A DNA stretch of 61,355 nucleotides, filler included. It is 5 parts of 5 records of this genome, joined end to end, with 100 filler letters (N's around TTAATTAATTAA, not from the genome) between each part and the next. Parts side by side here need not be neighbours in the genome. Positions count along the whole stretch, not along the records: positions 1 to 17,891 come from SRR31156797_3346; positions 17,992 to 31,491 come from SRR31156797_3348; 3 more parts are not named here. One strand, written 5' to 3'. The notes beneath the pieces were generated by a model, which did not search any database, was not told where the DNA came from, and saw nothing but the letters and a program-made list of their open reading frames with translations. Position 1 is the stretch's first letter. Each line of letters begins with the position of its first letter. This document shows positions 10,971 through 20,311 of this stretch, in pieces. The translations under genes and the position numbers were made by a program.

Positions 10971-11741
10971 TTGAAAAAAAGATTGGTATTAATATTTACT
11001 TTAATTAGTGTGTTGAGGATATTTGCTTACGACACTGTATCATTAAATTCTGTAAAGGATATTAGAGCATTTTCAAATGAAAATGTAAGTGCAGTGACTT
11101 ATAAAATTAATAATATAGATTTGAATCAGCTTGAAGTAAAAAAGAAAAAAGAAAAATTTGTAAAATTAATGTTACCATCAATTTTGATTGTTAAACAAGA
11201 ATTAAGTGATACAAAAGAAAAAGTTAAATTACTGCAAAAAAAAGAAAAATTAACAAAAGAAGAAGAAGAATTTATAAATGATCTGTTCTCTAGATATAAA
11301 GTCGAAAGTGATATAAATGAATTATTAGTAAGATTAAATACTGTTCCTGCTGATTTAGCCTTAGCTCAAGCAATTATTGAAAGTGGCTGGGGAACATCAA
11401 GATTTTTTAAAGAGGGAAATAATTGTTACGGAGCATGGACTTATAGAACCGATTTACCAAGAATTGAGTCAAAAAAGGGAGTTAGAAACGGAAAAAAAGT
11501 TTATTTGAGAAAATTTGATTCTGTTAAAGAAAGTGTTGAGAACTATTTTTATAATTTAGCAGTTAGTCATGCTTATACGGACTTAAGAAGTGCTATTCAG
11601 AAGACATCTGACTATAAAGAATTATCAAAAACTTTAGGTGGATATTCCGAAAAAGGGAATGAATACGGGGAATACTTAAACAGTATAATTAGTTATAATA
11701 AGTTAACAAAATATAATGATTATCAATTAACTATAGATTAA
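10971..11741 (+). CDS. Glucosaminidase-domain (Bax-like, GH73-type) peptidoglycan hydrolase
   Basis: 'LALAQAIIESGWGTSRFFKEGNN', 'YFYNL', 'YSEKGNEY'. TTG start after GGAGAG chosen over the track start at 10920. Confidence 0.8.
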   Translation: MKKRLVLIFTLISVLRIFAYDTVSLNSVKDIRAFSNENVSAVTYKINNIDLNQLEVKKKKEKFVKLMLPSILIVKQELSDTKEKVKLLQKKEKLTKEEEEFINDLFSRYKVESDINELLVRLNTVPADLALAQAIIESGWGTSRFFKEGNNCYGAWTYRTDLPRIESKKGVRNGKKVYLRKFDSVKESVENYFYNLAVSHAYTDLRSAIQKTSDYKELSKTLGGYSEKGNEYGEYLNSIISYNKLTKYNDYQLTID

Positions 11742-11761
11742 GCAGTATTGAGAGGAAAATA

Positions 11762-12409
11762 ATGAATTGCAAATTATGTAATGATGATAATACAAAGGAA
11801 TTTTTGGTTAAAAACAAAAGATGGGAAAAAAATTATTTTCTTTGTTCAAATTGTGGCTTTATTTTTGCTGAAACGGGTGCGGTCTTAGATGATGAAGAAC
11901 AATTTAGCAGATATAAAATGCATAATAATCAAATAGATGATCCCGTTTATAGAGATTATTTTAAAAAGTTTATTAATTACTCATTTAATTTTGTTGGAGA
12001 TAAAAAAAATGTTTTAGATTTTGGATCTGGTCCGGAACCGGTACTTGCGGATGTATTAAGAGAACTAGGCTATAATGTACAGATATATGATAAGTTTTTT
12101 GCATCAAATGAAAAGGTTTTTGAGAAAAAGTATGAGATAATAACCTCGACTGAGGTTATAGAACATTTAGAGTATCCAATTCAGGCTTTAATGAAATTAG
12201 TGGAGTCGTTAGAGAAATTCGGATACTTAATTTTAATGACTTGTTTTCATCCAGAAGATAAAGACAACTTTTCTAAATGGTGGTATATTCAAGATCCAAC
12301 GCATATTTCATTTTTCACTCCAAAAACTTTTGAATACATTGCAGAGCGATTTGATTTAGAGTTGCTTGATCATAATAATAAAAATATTGTAGTATTTAGG
12401 AAACAATAA
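11762..12409 (+). CDS. Class I SAM-dependent methyltransferase with N-terminal Zn ribbon
   Basis: Two CxxC motifs, 'VLDFGSGP', 'TEVIEHL', 'DPTHISFF'. Confidence 0.85.
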   Translation: MNCKLCNDDNTKEFLVKNKRWEKNYFLCSNCGFIFAETGAVLDDEEQFSRYKMHNNQIDDPVYRDYFKKFINYSFNFVGDKKNVLDFGSGPEPVLADVLRELGYNVQIYDKFFASNEKVFEKKYEIITSTEVIEHLEYPIQALMKLVESLEKFGYLILMTCFHPEDKDNFSKWWYIQDPTHISFFTPKTFEYIAERFDLELLDHNNKNIVVFRKQ

Positions 12410-12825
12410 TGAATTATTTAATAGCAATAATTTTATTTATTCTTGATTGGAAATTAAAAGAATATTCTGAAGATAAACTTAAAAATAAAAATTTAATTTA
12501 TTTTGGTAATAAGTTACAGCTTTGTTATCAAAAAAATTATGGAATAGCTTTTAATTATTTCGAAAATAAAACGAAAGCAATAATAGTAGTAAATATATTA
12601 TATTTAGTTTATTTAATTTATTTTTATGTCGATAATATTAATTATAGAAACGGCTTAATGTTAATTATTATTGGTGGTTTGGGTAATTTAATAGATAGAA
12701 TAAAAAGAGGTTATGTAGTTGATTACATTTATTTTAGAATTGCAAACTTTCCTGTTTTTAATCTTTCTGATTTTTATATATTAATTGGAGCTCTAATAAT
12801 AATAACTAAAGAAATAATAGGATAG
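12409..12825 (+). CDS. lspA: Lipoprotein signal peptidase II
   Basis: 'NYGIAF', 'GGLGNLIDR', 'VVDYI', 'FPVFNLSD'. Confidence 0.88.
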   Translation: MNYLIAIILFILDWKLKEYSEDKLKNKNLIYFGNKLQLCYQKNYGIAFNYFENKTKAIIVVNILYLVYLIYFYVDNINYRNGLMLIIIGGLGNLIDRIKRGYVVDYIYFRIANFPVFNLSDFYILIGALIIITKEIIG

Positions 12826-12833
12826 AGGAAAAA

Positions 12834-13340
12834 ATGGAATTAAAATTTTTAAAAGGTTATCCGGTGGATATACTGGAAAAAGTAAAAAAAGTAATTCAAG
12901 CAGGCAAGTTAGGTGAAGTGTTATTGAATAAATACCCTGATAGGCATGACATAATTAGTGATAAAAGACTATATGAATATACTATGTTGATAAAAAATAG
13001 ATATATGAAAAATAGTGCACCACTTGCTAAAGTTGAATTTTCAAACAAAATTGAATTTACGAATCAAGCTTTAGGATTACATACATATAGACCGATTAAA
13101 CAGGGTAAAAAAATAAAAATGAAAAATGAAATTAGAATATCAACAACTTTTAAAAATGTTCCGGAAGCATTTCTTAGAAATATTGTAGTTCATGAATTAG
13201 CCCACTTAAAAGAAAAAGGACACGATAAAAGTTTTTATAAACTGTGTTACCATATGGAACCTAATTATGGTCAGATTGAATTTGATATTAGATTGTTTTT
13301 AACCTATTTAGATATGAATAAAAAAAGACTCTGGACCTAG
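12834..13340 (+). CDS. YgjP/DUF45-like HExxH metal-dependent hydrolase
   Basis: 'IVVHELAHLKEKGHDKSFYKLC..MEP'. Confidence 0.85.
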   Translation: MELKFLKGYPVDILEKVKKVIQAGKLGEVLLNKYPDRHDIISDKRLYEYTMLIKNRYMKNSAPLAKVEFSNKIEFTNQALGLHTYRPIKQGKKIKMKNEIRISTTFKNVPEAFLRNIVVHELAHLKEKGHDKSFYKLCYHMEPNYGQIEFDIRLFLTYLDMNKKRLWT

Positions 13341-13370
13341 AGTTTTTATTAAGTTTTATTTAACAATGAA

Positions 13371-13399
13371 TTGAATTCTAAAAATAGATATGATAAAAT
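13371..13399 (+). promoter_or_regulatory. Sigma70-type promoter of the flagellar block
   Basis: TTGAAT-17 bp-TAAAAT with an extended TGn, about 55 bp before the ATG at 13453. Confidence 0.55.
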
Positions 13400-13452
13400 A
13401 TAATTAAAGACTATGATTATTTTTATGTTACGATAAAAATTGGAGGTAAGTT

Positions 13453-14304
13453 ATGATAAGAGGAATATACACATCAGCTTCAGGAATGACATCTCAAATA
13501 AAAAAACAGGAAACAATTGCTGATAACCTAGCAAATGTTAATACAAGTGCTTTTAAAAAGAGTACAACTGTTATGGAACAAGGTAAAGAGTTTGAAATTT
13601 TCAGACAAGAAGCTCAAGTTGATAAAAAAGACCTTAAAAAGAAATCAAAACTTACTAAAATAGGAAAACTTGGAACCGGAGTTAAAGTAGCTGAAAATTA
13701 TTTAGATTTTGAACAAGGTGGAATGAAACAAACAGATAATTCATTAGATTTTGCTCTTGAAGGAAATGGATTTTTTAGTTTTGAAACAAACAATGGAATA
13801 AGATATAGCAGAGAAGGAAGTTTAAACGTAGATAGAGACGGATATATCGTTAATAACAACGGGGATAGATTAATAGGTTATGATATTGAAGGAAAATTAG
13901 GATATGTTCAAGCAGAAGAAAATTTTAAAATACTGGATAATGGAGCTTTATCAAATGCGATTGTTGATACTGAAGTTGCTATTAATGGTTTAGATGCTGA
14001 ATTTGCATTTAACCCTGAAGATATATTTTCAGATGGAGATAATGTATTTGTGGCTCAATTTGAAGATTCAAAAATGTTAAGTAGAGAAGGATCAACATAT
14101 TATATTGCTGATTTAGAAAATGCTAAGTTTGCTGAAGACTTAAAAATCCATCAAGGATTTTTAGAGAATTCAAATGTTAATACAGTAAAAGAAATGGTTG
14201 AATTAATTAATTGTTCAAGATCTTATGAAACTAATCAAAAAGTACTTAGTTCTCAAAATGATGCACTTGATAAAACAGTAAATGAAATAGGAAAATGGAC
14301 TTAA
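13453..14304 (+). CDS. flgF: Flagellar basal-body rod protein, FlgF/FlgG family
   Basis: 'IYTSASGM...IADNLANVNT', 'DFALEGNGFF', 'GFLENSNVNTVKEMVELI...YETNQK'. Confidence 0.8.
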   Translation: MIRGIYTSASGMTSQIKKQETIADNLANVNTSAFKKSTTVMEQGKEFEIFRQEAQVDKKDLKKKSKLTKIGKLGTGVKVAENYLDFEQGGMKQTDNSLDFALEGNGFFSFETNNGIRYSREGSLNVDRDGYIVNNNGDRLIGYDIEGKLGYVQAEENFKILDNGALSNAIVDTEVAINGLDAEFAFNPEDIFSDGDNVFVAQFEDSKMLSREGSTYYIADLENAKFAEDLKIHQGFLENSNVNTVKEMVELINCSRSYETNQKVLSSQNDALDKTVNEIGKWT

Positions 14305-14307
14305 GAG

Positions 14308-15201
14308 GTGAATAATGTGAAAAAGTATTTAATAGTATTAGTGCTTATTTCTACAGTTTTGGGATGTCAAAACGTTAAAAATGTTGTAACAACTGTAGAT
14401 GGAATAGATAAAAATAGAGAAACACCTGAATATGATACTGAAAAATCAAGAAGAATGGCTGAAATGCCAGACATAAGTGTATTTTTTACTGAAGAGGAAA
14501 TGCCTGAAGATAAATATTCGAGTTCGTTATGGAATGTAGATGGTAAATCATTATATGGTGACGGAAGAGCTAGCAGAATAGGCGATATTGTTTTCATCAT
14601 AATAAATGAGGAATCAAATGCAAACTTAGGTTATACTCATGGTAAAACCGGATACACGGATTATGTTCCGGAGGAAAATGTATTACCTGAAGGAGTTACA
14701 GAAGAAGATGTAGCGGCTTTAGAAGAAAGTACATTAACTGAAGAGGAGAGAAGAAGAAGACCTGATGCAGCAGAAGCATTAGCTGCAAGAAGACCAAGAC
14801 CTGAATCACAAGATTATAATGCTACAGCAGCTAGTTCGAGAGCAACTTCTTTTTCCGGTAAAATGGCAGTTAGAGTTGAAGCGGTTGATAAATATGGAAA
14901 TCTTTATTTAAAAGGAACTAAAACAACACTTCTTAATAATGAATTAGTTACTCTTGAAGTTAGTGGATATGCAAGAAAAGAGGACATCTCACTTGAGAAT
15001 ACAATAGATTCATCAAGTATTGAAAATATGGAATTTACATATAATGGTGCTATGTATGTTGGCGAACCAAAAGTTACAAATATTGGGGATAACCAAAGAA
15101 ATCTAACAGATGAAACTGGAGAAGTTACTGAAGCAATTCTTCAACCAACAGAAGATTCGCAACCTAAAAAAAGAAAAATATGGCCATTTGGTTCATTTTA
15201 A
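14308..15201 (+). CDS. flgH: Flagellar L-ring lipoprotein
   Basis: Lipobox LGC, 'D.RA.RIGDIVFIII.E', 'GNLYLKG.K', 'VSGYARKEDI..NTIDS'. Confidence 0.85.
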   Translation: MNNVKKYLIVLVLISTVLGCQNVKNVVTTVDGIDKNRETPEYDTEKSRRMAEMPDISVFFTEEEMPEDKYSSSLWNVDGKSLYGDGRASRIGDIVFIIINEESNANLGYTHGKTGYTDYVPEENVLPEGVTEEDVAALEESTLTEEERRRRPDAAEALAARRPRPESQDYNATAASSRATSFSGKMAVRVEAVDKYGNLYLKGTKTTLLNNELVTLEVSGYARKEDISLENTIDSSSIENMEFTYNGAMYVGEPKVTNIGDNQRNLTDETGEVTEAILQPTEDSQPKKRKIWPFGSF

Positions 15202-15271
15202 AAGATAAAAGCCAATTCCTAAAAGCTATACTCAAAGTATAAACAACTGAGGGAATTGCCGGGAGGAAAAA

Positions 15272-16276
15272 ATGAAAAAGAAACTAACATTAATATTGTT
15301 TATATTGTTTAGTTTATCAATATTTGCAGGAGTTAAGCAAAGAATAAAAGAGATTGCCAGAATAGAGGGTGTCAGAAAAAACCATTTGGTTGGAATGGGA
15401 CTTGTAGTTGGATTAAACGGAACTGGAGATAGTGAGAAAAATTTAACTCCTCAATTGCTAAAATCACTTTATAGATATTTTGGTACTGAATTAGGACAAG
15501 TTCAAGTTGATTCGAAAAATGTTGCAGTAGTAATGGTAACTGCAGAATTGCCATCGTTTAAAAAAATTGGTGATTCAATTGATGTAACAGTATCATCTAT
15601 AAATGGAGCAAAAAGTTTAGAGGGTGGAATGCTTATCCAAACTCAATTAAAAGCAGGAGAGTATGTAATGGCCTTAGCACAAGGACCGCTATCAAGAGTT
15701 GTATCTGAAAATACATCTAATGCAGTAAATGGGTATATTCCTTCCGGAGGGACTGTAGAAAGAGAAGTTGCGGTAACATTAAAATATGACGAAAAAGTAT
15801 CACTTGTTTTAAATAAACCAGATTTTACTACAGCATCAAGAGTTGCTGAAGTAATAAATAGAAGATTTAATTATGATACTGCAAAAGCAGTCGATGCTTC
15901 AAAAATTGAGATTAAAGAAACTTATGTATTTGCTGATGACATAGTAAGTTTTATATCAGCAATTGAAAACTTAGAGGTTGAAACAGACAGAAAATCAATT
16001 ATTGTTATTAATGAAAAAACAGGTACAATTGTACTAGGAGAAGATATAAGAATTGCTCCTATAGCGATTTCACACGGTGATTTATCTATAGCAATTTCTG
16101 ATCAAAATAAATCAAAAGATGCTCAAGGAGATAGTTCAGTTTATTTTACGGGATCAACGGTAAAAGATGTTGTTGAGATGTTAAATGCACTCGGAGCTAC
16201 CCCAAATGACATTATTGCAATACTTCAAGCTTTAAAAACAGCAGGTTCGATAGAAGCAGAACTTAGAACAAAATAA
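15272..16276 (+). CDS. flgI: Flagellar P-ring protein
   Basis: 'GVRKNHLVGMGLVVGLNGTGD', 'NVAVVMVTAELP', 'LGATPNDIIAILQALK.AG'. Confidence 0.95.
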   Translation: MKKKLTLILFILFSLSIFAGVKQRIKEIARIEGVRKNHLVGMGLVVGLNGTGDSEKNLTPQLLKSLYRYFGTELGQVQVDSKNVAVVMVTAELPSFKKIGDSIDVTVSSINGAKSLEGGMLIQTQLKAGEYVMALAQGPLSRVVSENTSNAVNGYIPSGGTVEREVAVTLKYDEKVSLVLNKPDFTTASRVAEVINRRFNYDTAKAVDASKIEIKETYVFADDIVSFISAIENLEVETDRKSIIVINEKTGTIVLGEDIRIAPIAISHGDLSIAISDQNKSKDAQGDSSVYFTGSTVKDVVEMLNALGATPNDIIAILQALKTAGSIEAELRTK

Positions 16277-16297
16277 TTTTAATATGGAGGAATCCAA

Positions 16298-16627
16298 ATG
16301 ATAAATAAAATTAATAATATTGACTTATTATCTGCATCAAATAAAATTAAAGATAGAAAACTGTCAAAAAATGAAGATAAATTGAAAGAAGTAAGTGAAG
16401 AATTTGAGGCAATATTTATTAAAATACTTCTTGATTCGATGGATAAAACCGTTGATAGAGAATCAGATATGTTTTATGGAGGAAACTCAGAAGATATATT
16501 TAGAAGTATGTTGAATACAGAAAGATCAAAATCAATGGCTAAATCTTCAAACTTAGGAATAGCAGATTCACTCTATAATCAGTTATCAAGAACTGTAAAA
16601 ACTGATGTAAACAAAAATGATAAATAG
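16298..16627 (+). CDS. flgJ: FlgJ rod-binding protein (no muramidase domain)
   Basis: 'LKEVSEEFEAIFIKILLDSMDKTV', 'LGIADSLYNQL'. Confidence 0.85.
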   Translation: MINKINNIDLLSASNKIKDRKLSKNEDKLKEVSEEFEAIFIKILLDSMDKTVDRESDMFYGGNSEDIFRSMLNTERSKSMAKSSNLGIADSLYNQLSRTVKTDVNKNDK

Positions 16628-16637
16628 AGGAGTTTTT

Positions 16638-17891
16638 ATGAAACATCTTTTAGCAGCCTGTTTTATTTTACTAAATACACTACTTTTTTCTGTTGAAATT
16701 ACTCCGGGTATGAAAGCTGTTATGAAAACAGTAATATCTGGAGAGCAAATTGAAGATATTGAAATAGTTATTTTAGGAAAAACAGAAGATGAAGTTACAT
16801 TTAAAGAAGAAATGTATGTTTTTGAATTAAAAGATAAAAGAGTAAGAGAAATAGGAGGGATCGCTGAAGGAATGAGCGGGTCCCCTGTTTTTATGAATGG
16901 AAATATAATAGGTGCAGTAGCTTACGCAGTTAAGGGGAATAAAAATATTGGTTTAATTCTTCCGCTTAAAGATATATCTGATGATTACAGTTCTGGTGAA
17001 TTCTTACCGGGAACATCAATTACAATATCACCAACAAGAGGAGATGTTTTATTAAAAGCATCAGGAACTTTAACTTATTCAACTGCAGAAGGAGATGCAT
17101 TTGTTTATTCTCATTCTTTAAATAATGTAGGGAATGCAATGTATTTTTTAAACTTGGAAAAAGATGTATTTATATTAAAAAATAATGAAATCCCGTATAA
17201 ACTTTCTAAAACAACAGATGAAATAGGATATATATATGATGATAGAAAAAAAGGTTTAAGCGGAAAACTCAGTTCTGAAATACCTGTTTATTCATTTAGT
17301 ATTTTGATGGATGAAAATAGAAAAAATAAAAAAGTAAATTATGATATAAGTAAAAATAGAAATACATTAGCGTTGTACTTAGAGAAATCAATAGAGACAG
17401 CAATGCTAAAAACTCTGGAGAAGACAGAATATAAATTTGCCGAGTATTATATTGAAATAATAAGTGATGATAACAATGTAATATTTAGAGACCAAAATGC
17501 AATTATTGCTGAAGCAGGGATCGTCGGAAGTTTAAGTAATACAATTTCAAATGATATCCTAAATGTTGTTGATAATAAATTTAAATATATAAATTTTAGT
17601 AAAGTTAATATAGAGCTAAAAGTTAGAGATGATAGTAAGATTATTTATATTCAAAATGTAGATTTTATTAAAAAAGTATATACTCCAGGAGAGAAAATAG
17701 AATTTGAAATTACCTATTTAATTCATCAAATAGGGACTGTGAAAAAAAGATTTGCATTAAATTTATCTGATGAATTTAAAATAGGCAACATTCAAGTTGA
17801 AGTGTCTACAAATACGGGCAAATTTAATGAGGAAGCTAAAAACTTAATTGATTATTTGTATAATATAGAAAATAGTATAAAAAATAATGAA
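16638..17891 (+). CDS. SpoIVB-like peptidase S55 domain protein (3' truncated)
   Basis: 'GGIAEGMSGSPVFMNGNIIGAVAYA'. Signal peptide. ATG after AGAGGAG. Confidence 0.75.
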
Positions 17892-17991
17892 NNNNNNNNN
17901 NNNNNNNNNNNNNNNNNNNNNNNNNNNNNNNNNNNTTAATTAATTAANNNNNNNNNNNNNNNNNNNNNNNNNNNNNNNNNNNNNNNNNNNN
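17892..17991. other. Artificial contig spacer
   Basis: N44-TTAATTAATTAA-N44 (stops in all six frames). Confidence 0.98.
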
Positions 17992-17992
17992 G

Positions 17993-18088
17993 GTTGGTAA
18001 AAGAAAAAGACTTTTAGCATACTTAAGAAAAACTGATTACACTAGATTCACAACACTAGTTGCTGATTTAGGAATTAGAGCTAAATAA
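17993..18088 (+). CDS. rpsO: 30S ribosomal protein S15, C-terminal fragment
   Basis: Manual translation: VGKRKRLLAYLRKTDYTRFNTLVADLGIRAK*. Confidence 0.92.
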   Translation, partial: VGKRKRLLAYLRKTDYTRFTTLVADLGIRAK

Positions 18089-18110
18089 TTAATATTTAAT
18101 AGCAATAATC

Positions 18111-18145
18111 AAAAGGTTGCAAGTGTTCTTGCAACCTTTTTTTTT
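18111..18145 (+). terminator. Rho-independent terminator after rpsO
   Basis: AAAAGGTTGCAAG-tgtt-CTTGCAACCTTTT followed by a T-run. Confidence 0.9.
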
Positions 18146-18235
18146 AATAAAGTTTAAAATTAATTACGATAAATAATTTAATTTAATAGTTCTTCTAGTA
18201 CAATACTTAAAATTATAAATAAGGTTTAGGAAACA

Positions 18236-18637
18236 ATGTTACTTACGAAAAAAAGCGAATATGCTTTACTTTCATTAATTTCAATTGCAAAAAGTGATGC
18301 TCCCAAAAATGTAGATGTGCTATCACGAGAATTAAATATTCCTAAATCATTCTTAGCAAAAATTATGCAAAACCTTGCCAAAAATGATATTGTTTTGTCT
18401 CATAGGGGAGTTAATGGTGGATTTGTTTTAAAGAAACCATATGACGAGATTACTATCTTAGAGATTACTACTGTTGCAGAAGAAAAAATACCTTCTGTTT
18501 TTGAGTGCTCTCCATCAGTTACATCTTGCCCATCAGATTTAGCAAATGCCTGTAGTTTGTGGCCAGTTTTAAATAATCTTCAAAGCAGAATTAATGTATT
18601 CTTAGAGGAACTTACTCTAAAGGATATCGCTTCATGA
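18236..18637 (+). CDS. Rrf2 family transcriptional regulator
   Basis: 'KSEYAL', HTH, 'SHRGVNGGF.L', three Cys (C-x6-C-x7-C). Confidence 0.9.
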   Translation: MLLTKKSEYALLSLISIAKSDAPKNVDVLSRELNIPKSFLAKIMQNLAKNDIVLSHRGVNGGFVLKKPYDEITILEITTVAEEKIPSVFECSPSVTSCPSDLANACSLWPVLNNLQSRINVFLEELTLKDIAS

Positions 18638-19683
18638 CGCTTTTTCATTTATCACATACTGATTTAGATGGATATAGTTGTCAGCTTATTACCAAAGAGT
18701 GTTTTAAAAAGGGATTTTTTTACAATGCTAATTATGGCTTAGAAGTAAAACTAAATCTTCAAAAAATGTTCACTGATATTGAACCTTTTAAAGAAGAAGA
18801 GATTCTTTTTTTAATTACTGATTTAAACTTAACTTTCCAAGAATCAAAAGATTTAAATAAAAAAATTGATGAGCTAAACAACACTGGATTTAATATAAAG
18901 TTACAACTACTTGACCATCATGCAACTGGACAAAAAAGTGCAGATACTTATGAATGGTATTATCTTGATACATCAAGATGTGCTACTAAAATAACTTATG
19001 CATATATGATTGAAACTTTTGATGCATTTAGTGAAGAAACAAAGTCTTGGCTTGAACCTTTAGTGTTTTGTATAAATGCAATAGATATTTGGGTTGATAT
19101 TGAAACTGATGGTTTTGAGTTTGGAAAAGTTTTATTAAGTATGGTAAGTAGAGTAAGAGAGATAAATAGTGTACTTTTCCCTGATTTAAATAGAGACTTG
19201 AGATTGTTTTTGTTAAAAGAGTCTGCAAAATATTTAAATAAAGAAAATGCAAATATCAAGCTTGATGATGATATTCATAAACTAAAAAAACAGTTCTTAC
19301 AACAAGATGGGAAAGACGATACTATAGATAATCTAAGTGCTAAATATTTAGTTAGTTCTTTAGAAAGTTTAAAAGAGAAATTAACTGTTACTTATAAAGA
19401 ACACAAAGGGCTTTTAACATATACATTAGGTTCTATCTCAATACCAGCAAATGCATTTTTAGTAGCAAATGATGATTATGACTTTTTTATTGATATAAGT
19501 AGAAAAGGAAATACATCTTTTAGAGCAGATGGAAAAGTAAATGTTTCACTAATAGCTCAAAAATTAGCAGATGGAGGAGGCCATCCTAATGCTGCAGGTT
19601 GTAAGTTTGATGACTTTAAAGAGAGTATCAACTACAATGATATAAAAAGATTTATGCAAGAGAAGTTAGATTCTCTAGCATAA
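18634..19683 (+). CDS. DHH family phosphoesterase
   Basis: 'HLSHTDLDG', 'LLDHH', 'GGGHPNAAG'. Confidence 0.9.
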   Translation: MTLFHLSHTDLDGYSCQLITKECFKKGFFYNANYGLEVKLNLQKMFTDIEPFKEEEILFLITDLNLTFQESKDLNKKIDELNNTGFNIKLQLLDHHATGQKSADTYEWYYLDTSRCATKITYAYMIETFDAFSEETKSWLEPLVFCINAIDIWVDIETDGFEFGKVLLSMVSRVREINSVLFPDLNRDLRLFLLKESAKYLNKENANIKLDDDIHKLKKQFLQQDGKDDTIDNLSAKYLVSSLESLKEKLTVTYKEHKGLLTYTLGSISIPANAFLVANDDYDFFIDISRKGNTSFRADGKVNVSLIAQKLADGGGHPNAAGCKFDDFKESINYNDIKRFMQEKLDSLA

Positions 19684-20310
19684 ACTCTCAAACTCTTTTG
19701 TTTGATTATTATAACACTCAATAGTTCCATCTTCAATTTTATAATACCATCCATGTACATTTAATTTATTTTGTTTTATTCTTTTTCTAATCTCTGGAAA
19801 AGTCAAAAGATTTTCTATTTGGTATTTTACTGAGGTTTTTTCTGTTTCTGTGTAAACTTTATTTTCATCTTTTGAGAAATCAACTTTTCTAAGAACTTCC
19901 TCTTTTGCTTTCATCCCTAGTTGTAGCCATTTTCTCATATGTATAAGTGAGTTATTGTTTTCTAAATCCATATAAAGAGATCTACAAGCACCACAATTTG
20001 AGTGTCCACAGATGATTATATGTTTTACTTCTAATACAGAGATTGCAAATTCTATTGCAGCAGTAGTTCCATGAAAATCATTGTCATCTTTATACGGTGG
20101 GACAAAGTTTCCTACATTTCTAATAATAAACATATCTCCAGGTTTAGAAGAGATTATTAAATCTGGAACAACTCTACTATCACTACAACCAATAAAAAGT
20201 ATTTCTGGTTTTTGTCCTTTTTCAACAAGAGTTTCAAAGTCATTTTGATAGTCTTTAAACTTAGTATCTCTAAAAAGTTGATTTCCTTGTTTTAAATCTT
20301 CAATAGTCAT
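19675..20310 (-). CDS. can: Beta-class carbonic anhydrase
   Basis: 'GCSDSRV', 'RNVGN', 'GHSNCGA'. Confidence 0.93.
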   Translation of the reverse strand: MTIEDLKQGNQLFRDTKFKDYQNDFETLVEKGQKPEILFIGCSDSRVVPDLIISSKPGDMFIIRNVGNFVPPYKDDNDFHGTTAAIEFAISVLEVKHIIICGHSNCGACRSLYMDLENNNSLIHMRKWLQLGMKAKEEVLRKVDFSKDENKVYTETEKTSVKYQIENLLTFPEIRKRIKQNKLNVHGWYYKIEDGTIECYNNQTKEFESLC

Positions 20311-20311
20311 T

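Noticed and set aside
15211-15260. Hairpin between flgH and flgI as a c-di-GMP riboswitch
   Set aside because: It has only a 7-bp outer stem and a small inner hairpin, and lacks the class I/II consensus features.
17936-17947. TTAATTAATTAA palindrome recurring four times
   Set aside because: It is always centred in N-runs, so it is an assembly linker and not a biological repeat.
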